From Prasinococcaceae sp. CCMP 1430 (taxonomy: Eukaryota > Plantae > Prasinodermophyta), in contig RQSC01000808.1 of assembly GCA_013416795.1 (NCBI GenBank), positions 12,626-76,566 on the forward strand: DNA of 63,941 nucleotides, read 5' to 3'. The notes under the pieces were generated by a model. It was not told the origin of the DNA and made no database searches. It saw only the letters and a program-made list of their open reading frames with translations. How positions within the stretch are numbered: the first letter of the stretch is position 1; each line of letters opens with the position of its first letter. Of this stretch, positions 9,870 to 18,335 are shown one piece after another. The translations under genes and the position numbers were made by a program.

Positions 9870-11894
9870 TTGCTGCCGCGGCGTGCGGCGCCAGGGCGGC
9901 GGCGGCGGCGAGAGAGAGAGTGCGCGGCGGCGGCGGTGGCGGTCGAGGTGGAGGTGGGGGGCGGCGAGGCGGTCGCGGCGCCGGTGGAGAGCGACCGCGA
10001 GTCGCTCGACGCGAATTCTGGCTTCTGCCGCGTCGCGGATCGCTATGACCCTGGCGCGGTTGCGGCCGCAGGTGCGAGCGCCCGCGCACGTGCTCGCTCG
10101 CCCGCTCCGCTCGCCGCCACGACGCCGCCCGCGGCACCGCGCGACGCTGACCCTCGGCGTCGTCCCACAGCGCGCGCCATGCCCCTCGCCGCCGCAAAGC
10201 GCGCGGCGGTGCTAGCATCCGCTGTCGCTCGCCTCGTTCGCCTCTTCAGTGCCTCCGCGGGTGGGCTCGGTGAGCTGCGCTCCGACGCTGTGCGCAGCAA
10301 GGCGATCGTCGTGCGCGAGACGCTCGCGGAGCTCGGCCCGACGGCGGTGAAGCTCGGTCAGAACCTCGGCAACCGACCCGACCTTGTGCGCGAGGACTAC
10401 ATGGAGGAGCTCAGCACACTGCAGGATCGCGTGCCGCCGTTTCCGAACGAGGAGGCCTTCGCTATCATGCGCTCCCAGCTGGGCATCGCCGACCTGGACG
10501 AGGTCTTCTCCGAGCTGAGCCCGGAGCCGGTCGCGGCCGCCTCCATCGGGCAGGTGTACCGCGGCAGGCTGCGCTCCAACGGCGCAGAGGTAGCCATCAA
10601 AGTGCAGCGGCCAGGCGTCGACCAGGTGTGCACGCTCGACCTGTACTGGCTGAGGGTGCTCGCCGAGAGGGGCCTAAATGCGCTCGCGAAGGAGCGCCTG
10701 GGCGTCGAGGCAACGCTGCTCGTGGACGAGTTCGCCGAGAAGCTGCTAGAAGAGCTGGACTTCGAGCAGGAGGCGCGCAACCTGGTCGAGTTCCGTGCGA
10801 ACTTTGCCGCAGACGAGCGCGTGACGGTGCCCGAGCCATACATGCCGCTCTGCCGCAAGCGCGTGCTGGTCATGGAGTGGGTCGACGGCCAGCGCTGCAC
10901 GGCGCCAGGCGCGCTCGCTGGCAGGGAGGCCACGCGCAAATTCATCAATCTGGGCGTCGAGAGCGGCCTCAAGCAGCTGCTGGAGTTCGGGCTCTTCCAC
11001 GGCGACCCTCACGCAGGGAACGTGCTGGCATCCACCGACGGCGACCTCGCGTACGTCGACCTCGGCAACGTGGCGCAAATCTCGCGCGCCAACCAGGAGA
11101 GCCTCATCGATGCTACCGTGCACGCCATGAACGGCGACTACGAGGGACTCGCGGCGGACCTGGTGGCGCTGGGCTTCGTCGCGCCCGACGTTGACATTGC
11201 GCCGATCGCCGAGTCGCTCGAGAAGGTGTGGGGGGACTCGCTCAGCAAGGCGGGGCTCGCGGACTTCTCCTTTCGCCGCCTCACGTACGCCTTCAACGCG
11301 CTGCTCCTCATGCATCCCATCCGCGTGCCTGAGCGATTTTCGCTGGTCATCCGTGCGCTGCTCACGCAGGAGGGCATCTGCATGCAGCTGGACAGCTCCT
11401 TTCGGTTCCTGGAGGTGGCCTTTCCCTACGTTGCACGTCGACTGCTCACGGACCCCGACCCCGCGCTGCGTCTGCGCATGCTGCAGGTCGTGATTGTCGA
11501 GGGCGAGTTCAGGTGGGACAGGCTGCGCACGCTGCTGTCCATGGCGACCATGAACAACCCGGACGCCATGAGCGGCGGCAAGGGCGGGCTGCTCGCCAGC
11601 CTGAACCTGCGCATGCTCGCGTGGGAGTCCGCGCGTATGCTCTCGCGGGACGCGGAGCTGCGTACCGCGCTGCTGAGCGGCTTCGAGAAGCGCTCGACGC
11701 TTTCGCACGCGCGTGAGTTCCTAGGAATCGTCGCGCTCGTTCTCGGCGCGCTCGGCGGCGCGTGGGCTGAAAGGGCGGTGCTCACGGCGAGGCGGGGGTG
11801 GCGTGCGCTCGCGTTCACACGCTGGTGGCGGCTGCGGCGACGGCGGCGCGACTCCAAGGACGGCACGCCCCCACCCCAGGTGGCGCTCGTCTGA
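9870..11894 (+). CDS. ABC1K1: Plastid ABC1 atypical kinase, ABC1K1/PGR6-like; true start uncertain, probable intron near 10070-10170
   Basis: LGPTAVKLGQ..RPDL..LQDRVPPF, PVAAASIGQVY, VAIKVQRP, FHGDPHAGN, and the ABC1K1-like PERFSLVIRALLTQEGIC..FLEVAFPYVARRLLTDPDPALR. Confidence 0.9.
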   Translation: MLPRRAAPGRRRRRERECAAAAVAVEVEVGGGEAVAAPVESDRESLDANSGFCRVADRYDPGAVAAAGASARARARSPAPLAATTPPAAPRDADPRRRPTARAMPLAAAKRAAVLASAVARLVRLFSASAGGLGELRSDAVRSKAIVVRETLAELGPTAVKLGQNLGNRPDLVREDYMEELSTLQDRVPPFPNEEAFAIMRSQLGIADLDEVFSELSPEPVAAASIGQVYRGRLRSNGAEVAIKVQRPGVDQVCTLDLYWLRVLAERGLNALAKERLGVEATLLVDEFAEKLLEELDFEQEARNLVEFRANFAADERVTVPEPYMPLCRKRVLVMEWVDGQRCTAPGALAGREATRKFINLGVESGLKQLLEFGLFHGDPHAGNVLASTDGDLAYVDLGNVAQISRANQESLIDATVHAMNGDYEGLAADLVALGFVAPDVDIAPIAESLEKVWGDSLSKAGLADFSFRRLTYAFNALLLMHPIRVPERFSLVIRALLTQEGICMQLDSSFRFLEVAFPYVARRLLTDPDPALRLRMLQVVIVEGEFRWDRLRTLLSMATMNNPDAMSGGKGGLLASLNLRMLAWESARMLSRDAELRTALLSGFEKRSTLSHAREFLGIVALVLGALGGAWAERAVLTARRGWRALAFTRWWRLRRRRRDSKDGTPPPQVALV

Positions 11895-11974
11895 CGGCGA
11901 TGTGCGGGAATCGCACCTTTTTTGTCACACTATTAAACATTAACTACATGTACCACGAGCTCGTGGCTGCGCGT

Positions 11975-13033
11975 TCACTCCACGCCACGGCGAGACGCCG
12001 TGGGCATGAGCGTCCTGTCCTTGGCGGCCACCTTCCTGCGGCGCTTGGCCATGAACTTTTCGAGCTGGCCCGACTTCTTGAGAGACTCGTACTTGTCGAC
12101 GAGCTCCCTCTTCTTGCGGTCCGATTTCTTCTCGAAGTACGGCCCTCTGCCCCCCCGCGCGCGCTCACGCTGGCGCCGCCGGCTCTCGTCCTCGAGAGCG
12201 GCATCGCGCCTGCGCTTCTGGTGGTCGGCGACCTTGGCCTCTAGCGACGCCACCAGCCGCTTGAGCTGCTCCTTGCGCGCCGCACCGTGGGTGCGCTTCA
12301 CCTGCTGCTTGAGCGCGTCGCGCTCCTCGGCCATCTTCTCGTCGAAGACGAAACCGTATTGCTTGCGGAAGACGCGGTCGTTGAAGGCGCCCATGGACGC
12401 GTCGAAGCGGGGGTCCTTGGACTTTGGCTTCGCCGGCGCGAGGCCCTCGATCTCGCGCAGCATGGGCACGCGCGCCTTGGACGACACCTCCTGCGGCCGG
12501 TTCTTGTTGGCACGCGCGCCGATTTTTTCACGCGCCTCGCGCTCCCTCTTGGCCGCCAGCCACGCAGGCACCTTGCGCGCACTCGTGCGGCCGTCTCGTT
12601 TCGACGCAAGCCGCTCGCCGAGCGGCACGTCCGCCTCGGCAGCCGCGTGCGCGCCCGTCCCCTCGCCGTCTGAGTCAGACTCATCGTAGTCCTCTTCGTC
12701 TTCGGAGCCACTCTCGGATGCGTCGTCGTGGCCGCGCAGGCGCGCGCCCGCGCGCGTCCCATCGCCTTCTTCGTCCTCGTAGTCACCCTCCTCCTCCTCC
12801 TCCTCGCCGTCGCTGTCGTCGTAGTCGTCCTCGTCGCTCTCGTCATCCTCCTCGGCGGCGGCCATCGCGGCCTCCATGCGCCGCGCCATGCGTGCGACGT
12901 CGTCGCCCGCGGCTCCACGCGCCCGTCCCTCGCGGTATTCCTCGTCCTCGTCGTCGTCGTCCTCCTCCTCCTCCTCCTCGCTCTCGCCACTGTCCTCCGC
13001 GGCCGCCATCGCCGCCTCCATGCGCCGCGCCAT
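11975..13033 (-). CDS. RRP36: rRNA biogenesis protein RRP36; start may lie further upstream
   Basis: NKNRPQEVSSK, DPRFD, FRKQYGFVFD, PYFEKKSDRKK..LVDKYESLKKSGQLEKFMAKRRRK; acidic N-terminus with a duplicated DVARMARRMEAAMAAAE segment. Confidence 0.92.
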   Translation of the reverse strand: MARRMEAAMAAAEDSGESEEEEEEDDDDEDEEYREGRARGAAGDDVARMARRMEAAMAAAEEDDESDEDDYDDSDGEEEEEEGDYEDEEGDGTRAGARLRGHDDASESGSEDEEDYDESDSDGEGTGAHAAAEADVPLGERLASKRDGRTSARKVPAWLAAKREREAREKIGARANKNRPQEVSSKARVPMLREIEGLAPAKPKSKDPRFDASMGAFNDRVFRKQYGFVFDEKMAEERDALKQQVKRTHGAARKEQLKRLVASLEAKVADHQKRRRDAALEDESRRRQRERARGGRGPYFEKKSDRKKRELVDKYESLKKSGQLEKFMAKRRRKVAAKDRTLMPTASRRGVE

Positions 13034-14082
13034 GCGCGCCACGTCACCACCCGCCTGCACCTCCTCCCCTTGATCCCTTCCGTCGGGCGTCCTTGGCCGA
13101 GCACGTGCTGACCTCGCCTGCGGGCGCCGTGAGCGAGCTGCAACATTTAGGCGCCGCGCCCGCCACTGGCCGCGGATCCGCGCTCGCGGCGCGCCGCAGC
13201 AGCCGCTCGCGCACCAAATCATCAAAAGCAATCTGCGGTTCTGGGAGTTTTGCGCCCATCGTAACGCGAAATGGAAGGTGCATTTGGATACTTCAAAACG
13301 CGCTTTTGGAGGCGATTTTATTTTGATTTTGTTTGCGCGCGCATAAGGCGTCGCCGGCGGGCGCGTCGTAGCGGGCGCTACTGCGCGCGCGCGGGGCGTG
13401 CGCCGCCCCCCCCCCCCTCTGCATGGAGGGGGGCGCCGCTGGGATGCAGGCGGCGCAGGCGCAGCAGGCGGGAGGCTCGCACATGATGGGCTACCGACGG
13501 GGCGGGGGAGGAGGCGGCGGAGGCGGAGGCGGAGGCGGAGGCGGCGGAGGCGCTCGCGGCGACAACGTACGTGCGCGCGCAAGAGCATGCCGCCGCGTGA
13601 GTGAGGCAGGAGTGGGGGGAGACGGGGGTGGGGTTCGGCTCCGCTCGCCTGCCTCCCCAGCTCCTAGGCACGCGCTTGGGCGCGTTGCGGGGCCGATCGC
13701 GTCGTGCGGCGACGAGTGCATGCACACACCGCCCGCGCCTCGGCGGAGCCCGCGCGCGCACCAGCGCGATGAGCGGGCGGGGGACGGTTTGGGGAGCGCT
13801 AGGTGGCAAAAAAAAAAAAAAGAAGCGGGAGTGTGCGCCGCCGCGCCATGAGGCGGGGAGAGAGGGGTGGCAGGAAGGGGGGGGCGAGCGGGGAGGGTGG
13901 AATGAGTGAGGATGGCCCGCGCTTGTTGCCGCGCTCGGCACCGATGATGTGCCTCCCTCCCCCTCCCCCCCCCCAGGCGCACCTCCTCCCATCGCCTGCG
14001 CTCCCCGGGCGCGGCGCTTGGCGGGATACCCTTGCGCAGACCCGCGCGCGAAACGCAGCCGAAGTGATGTGCGCTGGAGAGG

Positions 14083-14090
14083 AAACCCTA
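14083..14090 (+). promoter_or_regulatory. Telo-box (AAACCCTA) in the spacer between RRP36 and the DUF3700 gene
   Basis: Motif seen directly; telo-boxes are established elements of plant ribosome-biogenesis promoters. Confidence 0.4.
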
Positions 14091-14434
14091 GCTCTGCTCG
14101 CAACGGGAGACCCGCGCCACGCGCCTTCCGGCTTGCGCGCCGCGTGGCGTGGCGCGTCACTATCAGGGGCGCCGGCCCTCCCCGCTCCCCCTCCGCCGCC
14201 TGCTCCTCCTGCGATCCGCCGCGCGCTTGCTCCATCGCCGGCGGCGTGGTCGATCGCCCCAAAGCGTCGCCATCTAACCCCCCCCCCTCACCCCCTCGCC
14301 GCCTGACACCGCCGTTCCCCTCACCAACCCACACACGCGCGCGCGCGCACCCTTCGTCCCCCCACACACCCTCCACCCGAAAGAAGCCGACCAAAAAGGC
14401 GCCACCCCAATCGGATCAGCCCAGCTTCGTGTGC

Positions 14435-15430
14435 ATGATGGGCGACATGACGCAGACGTACGGCGCGACGTCGCACTGCGAGGTGACCACGTGCGCCGCG
14501 GCCAGGCGCGAGCAGCGCTTCCGCCCGATGCGCCAGGCCCGCGAGCTCGACGCCTTCCGCTCGTGCTGCATCAAGTCGGTGAACCTCGACGACCACGGCT
14601 CGGGCGTGGCGTACGAGTCCGGCGTCCCGACCATCCCGCAGCCGGGCACGATCGCGGAGGACAAGCTCCGGGCCATCCGCAAGGCGCTCGCCACGTTCGA
14701 GCCGCCCGAGGTGGGGTGCTCGTTCGCGCGCGGCGGCAACGTGTCGGTCGTGTGCTGCTCGAAGATCGACACCGACCGCAACGCGCCGTGGGAGGGGCTC
14801 CACCCCACGCAGGCGCCCTTCCTCAAGCCCAAGACCATGGAGGACAAGGGCGGCCGCCGCAAGTCCACGTCGGACGACGGCGGCAACCTGAACAGCGACG
14901 CGCGCCTCGTGCTCAACTTCTACGTGCGCGCCCGCGCGCTCGCGCGCTGGGCGAGCGCGCGGCGAAAGCTCCGCGCGTGGCGCGCGCTGATGGGCGGCTT
15001 CGGCGGGCTCGGCAGCGGCAGCAGCGGCGGCGGCAGGCCCTCGGCGCGGGCGCCGCGCACCGCGCCGCGCGTGTCGTCCACGGCGATCGCGGAGTCGGCC
15101 AGGAGCAACGCCGAGGCGGGCGCGGTGCTCGCGTGGCCGCCGCACAAGTTCATCGAGAAGGAGATCGTCAAGTTCTTCAAGAAGCTCACGGGCGTGTACG
15201 GCATCGTCCTCGTGGACGTCGAGCGGCGGCACATGTTCGCCGCGCGCGACCCCGAGGGCACCGTGCCGCTCCACATGGCGCTCACGGCCGACAACTGCGT
15301 GCTGGTCGCCACGGAGGAGGGCCTGCTGCCCGCGAAGGCCACGAAGACGCGCGCCATCGCCGCGGGCAAGTACGTGTACGGCCCGGGCGAGTACATCATG
15401 GAGGAGGCCCACGAGCTCGACCTCGAGTAG
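14435..15430 (+). CDS. Wali7/AILP1/TSJT1-like Ntn-hydrolase-fold protein (DUF3700-like)
   Basis: C-terminal LTGVYGIVLVDVERRHMFAARDPEGTVPLHMALTADNCVLVA resembles the DUF3700/GATase-like core; strongly GC3-biased codons; a possible in-frame intron ~14925-15100. Confidence 0.65.
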   Translation: MMGDMTQTYGATSHCEVTTCAAARREQRFRPMRQARELDAFRSCCIKSVNLDDHGSGVAYESGVPTIPQPGTIAEDKLRAIRKALATFEPPEVGCSFARGGNVSVVCCSKIDTDRNAPWEGLHPTQAPFLKPKTMEDKGGRRKSTSDDGGNLNSDARLVLNFYVRARALARWASARRKLRAWRALMGGFGGLGSGSSGGGRPSARAPRTAPRVSSTAIAESARSNAEAGAVLAWPPHKFIEKEIVKFFKKLTGVYGIVLVDVERRHMFAARDPEGTVPLHMALTADNCVLVATEEGLLPAKATKTRAIAAGKYVYGPGEYIMEEAHELDLE

Positions 15431-15497
15431 CGCAGCCCTCTCGCGACAGCGGGCCGCCGGGCGGCCGCGGCCCGCAGGTCCGCGCGCCGGGGCGCGC

Positions 15498-15501
<4 letters not shown>

Positions 15502-15553
<52 letters not shown>
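15502..15553. repeat. Poly-G tract (52 nt)
   Basis: Seen directly; may be a sequencing artefact. Confidence 0.9.
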
Positions 15554-15730
15554 CGTAGGGTGGCGCGCGACACTCACACTGCACAAAAGCGCAGGTTTTT
15601 TTTTTTTTTGGCGGCGCCGTGCCATGCGTGCGCTGAGGCGAGGTGGGGGTGCGACAGGGCGCTGACCGCGCTGCGCCGGCGCGCTCAACAGGAACGCATT
15701 GGCGGCGGTGGCGGCGGTGGAGGTCCACCC

Positions 15731-17338
15731 ATGGGTGGTCGCGGCCGCGGCCGCGGCGGCGACGAGCTCAAGCGCCTGCACCACAAGACGCAGCTCTGCC
15801 TCTTCGAGCGGCGCGGCGGGCCCGGCTCGTGCCCGAAGGGTGCGTCGTGCTCGTTCGCGCACTCCCTGGATGAGCTGCCAGCGGCGGCGCGCGCGACGTA
15901 CAAGACCAAGATGTGCTTCAGGATGACGGGCATGGGCAGGTGCCAGTACGGCGCGGCGTGCCACTTCGCGCACTCGCAGGAGGAGCTGCGCATACCAGGC
16001 GCGGGCGCGCCCGCTGCGGGCCCGCACCACGCCGAGGGCGCTCGCGGAAGCAGTGGCGCCCCCGCCGCTGCAAATCCGGACCTGGCCGACGGGCTCGGCA
16101 AGGATGGTGCGACGACAGGATCGTACGCCAGCCATGCTGCGCAGGGTGCGCAGGGGACCAACGGCCCCCAAGGTGGCTACGCTGCTGCGGCGGCCTCGCA
16201 CCGCGGCGGTGCCAATACACAGCCCAACGGGACCACCGCGGCGGCCACCGCTGGGGGCAATGGGCGCTTCCCGCCCGCCACTCAGGGGCCGGGCGCGCAG
16301 CCGCAGAATGTGTTTGCGCAGCCTGGGCAGCCGATCGTACAGTACATGCCCGTGGTGGTATACCCCGCGCCTGCTGGGTCGAGCGGCGAATTCGCTGGCC
16401 AGCGTGGCACTGTCGCGTACGCGTACCCCTCTGGCCAAGTGCCACAAGGTGGCGTGGTGCAGGGGCAAGCTATTAGCGCCGAGGGTCAGCGCGTGCTCAT
16501 CGCCGGCGCAGAGCAGGTGGCAGACTTCGTGCCTGCTGGCAACTTGCAGCGCCCGGGTGGCTTCGTGCCTGCTGGCAATGCCCAGCGCCCGGGTGGCACC
16601 ACCGAGTACGCCCAAGGCGATTGGGCGAGCGCCGCGGCGGTGGCTGCGGCGCAGCGCGCCGACGGCCAAGCCACTCATCCCAAGGGCGCCATTGGCTCGC
16701 TGCTGCCGAACTCCCTCGAGGGAGGTGCCATGCGCATGGCTGGCGCAGCTGGGGCGGCGCCGTTCAAGCCAGTGGCTGAATCGAAGGTCGAGGCCATTGC
16801 CGAGTCCGTGCTTCCCGGAGACAACTTCGAGGGTGCGTACGGCACTGAGACGATGCCCTCACACCTCCTGCCTGACGGCCTTACCGAGCTCAACGAGCCC
16901 CCACAAAGCGCCTGGAACAACGGCAGGGGCATGCAGGGCGCCCCTGAGAATGGTGGCAACTGGAACGGCGCGTCCGGCGAGGACAGCGCCGCCGCCGCTG
17001 CCGCAGCCACTGCCGAGGCGGCCGCGGCCGCTGCGATTTCAGGATTCGACATGCCAGCCGAGGGGAACAACGCTGGAAAGTCGCAAGCTGGCGGTGAAAA
17101 CTTCAATGCTGGGCCCTCGTCTTTTTTCAATATCGTCGGCAGCCATGGCGCCCCCGCGCCACAGCCGGTGCCGCCCCAGGCCGCTGCTGTCGCGGGGAAG
17201 CCCGCCGCGTTCAACATGCAGGCACTCCTCCAAGAGCTGCAGAATGCCAATGAACCGGGTGCCGATGGGGTCCCCGCAGCACAGGGAGCCGCCGCGGCCG
17301 CAGTCGCTGCTGCTCAGGCTGCCGTGAAGGAGGCATGA
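15731..17338 (+). CDS. Tandem CCCH zinc-finger RNA-binding protein with a long low-complexity C-terminus
   Basis: HHKTQLCLFERRGGPGSCPKGASCSFAH and YKTKMCFRMTGMGRCQYGAACHFAH. A 36-bp tandem duplication (FVPAGNxQRPGG x2) lies near 16526-16600. Confidence 0.88.
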   Translation: MGGRGRGRGGDELKRLHHKTQLCLFERRGGPGSCPKGASCSFAHSLDELPAAARATYKTKMCFRMTGMGRCQYGAACHFAHSQEELRIPGAGAPAAGPHHAEGARGSSGAPAAANPDLADGLGKDGATTGSYASHAAQGAQGTNGPQGGYAAAAASHRGGANTQPNGTTAAATAGGNGRFPPATQGPGAQPQNVFAQPGQPIVQYMPVVVYPAPAGSSGEFAGQRGTVAYAYPSGQVPQGGVVQGQAISAEGQRVLIAGAEQVADFVPAGNLQRPGGFVPAGNAQRPGGTTEYAQGDWASAAAVAAAQRADGQATHPKGAIGSLLPNSLEGGAMRMAGAAGAAPFKPVAESKVEAIAESVLPGDNFEGAYGTETMPSHLLPDGLTELNEPPQSAWNNGRGMQGAPENGGNWNGASGEDSAAAAAAATAEAAAAAAISGFDMPAEGNNAGKSQAGGENFNAGPSSFFNIVGSHGAPAPQPVPPQAAAVAGKPAAFNMQALLQELQNANEPGADGVPAAQGAAAAAVAAAQAAVKEA

Positions 17339-17459
17339 GCGCGGACGGGACGAAGGTGTACAGAGCTCTCGTTTGGGCATGCTGATGGGCGGACGCGAGA
17401 GCGGCAGGGGCGGAAGTGCTGGACATGGCGACGACTACGGCGACAAAGACTAAGTGAAG

Positions 17460-18209
17460 TAATGACGTGGGCCGACATCCTGCGAATTGCGCGACGCTCA
17501 CGGGGCACGCGGTGGTTTATTCCACCGTACGCCTGCGTGCGCGCTGCTGCGACGTACGGACCACGAAAGTAATGAGGGGCACGCATCGAAGGCCTCTAAT
17601 GAAGAGCCCTCGGCGAGGACGGACGAACGGACGTCTCTCGCGGGGCCGAGATAATTCTAATGCTCCCAGGCGGCATCGGGAGGCGGCACGACTGCTGCAC
17701 AGGGCCGCGTGCCGACCGCTCCGTCAGTGGACGGGCGGCGCGCGCGTTCTTGAGCTGCTGCGCGTGACGATTCCTGCCGGCTGATGGAGCCCGTGACTAA
17801 TTGGAGAGAAAGAGCTGCACCGCCAAGTGCGTACCAGGGGCTGCTGCAGCGATGGAGAAGCGGGCGCGGGGCACGCGCTGCATCTGCAGCCAGGCCTTGT
17901 GACCGTCTCGCTCTTTTGCTGCGGTGGCTCCGGTGCGCATGTCACTAATTGGGGCATGCAATTCTCCCGGTGATAATGGATAATAGCGGGGCCAGGCACC
18001 CGCTCATAATCCCAGTAGTAATGCTCCGCTGCTGGGCACTCACGTGCTCAGTGCGAGCGAAAGGGAGCTGAGAGATCAATTAACTACATACCTACGACGA
18101 CGATGGACCGTCCAGAGAGAGACGCCACACTACTTCGGGGCTGGCCGATGGCTGGCGGGAGCGCGCTCACCCGTGTGCGCCTGCTGGCGTGATGCCGGCC
18201 GTAATTAAT
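17460..18209 (+). promoter_or_regulatory. Putative long 3' UTR with a strand-biased TAAT (UAAU) cluster
   Basis: 13 TAAT on + versus 3 on - in ~750 bp; GT(G/C)ACTAATTGG occurs twice (17793, 17941). Confidence 0.35.
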
Positions 18210-18335
18210 TAAAAGTTCGGATGGCAGGGCGGGACGAGCGGCGTGCGCGGCGCAGTGCGCGTGTGCAGGGTGATGTGGACGGGCCACGTACGAACTTTAG
18301 AAAGAATTGCGTCGAGCAAGCCGGCGCGGGTGCGC

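Noticed and set aside
14321-16678. 785-aa minus-strand ORF (also 48058..50754, 39819..41318, 24652..26121 and many similar)
   Set aside because: These are antisense or off-frame shadows of real genes, expected in very high-GC DNA, with no recognisable motifs.
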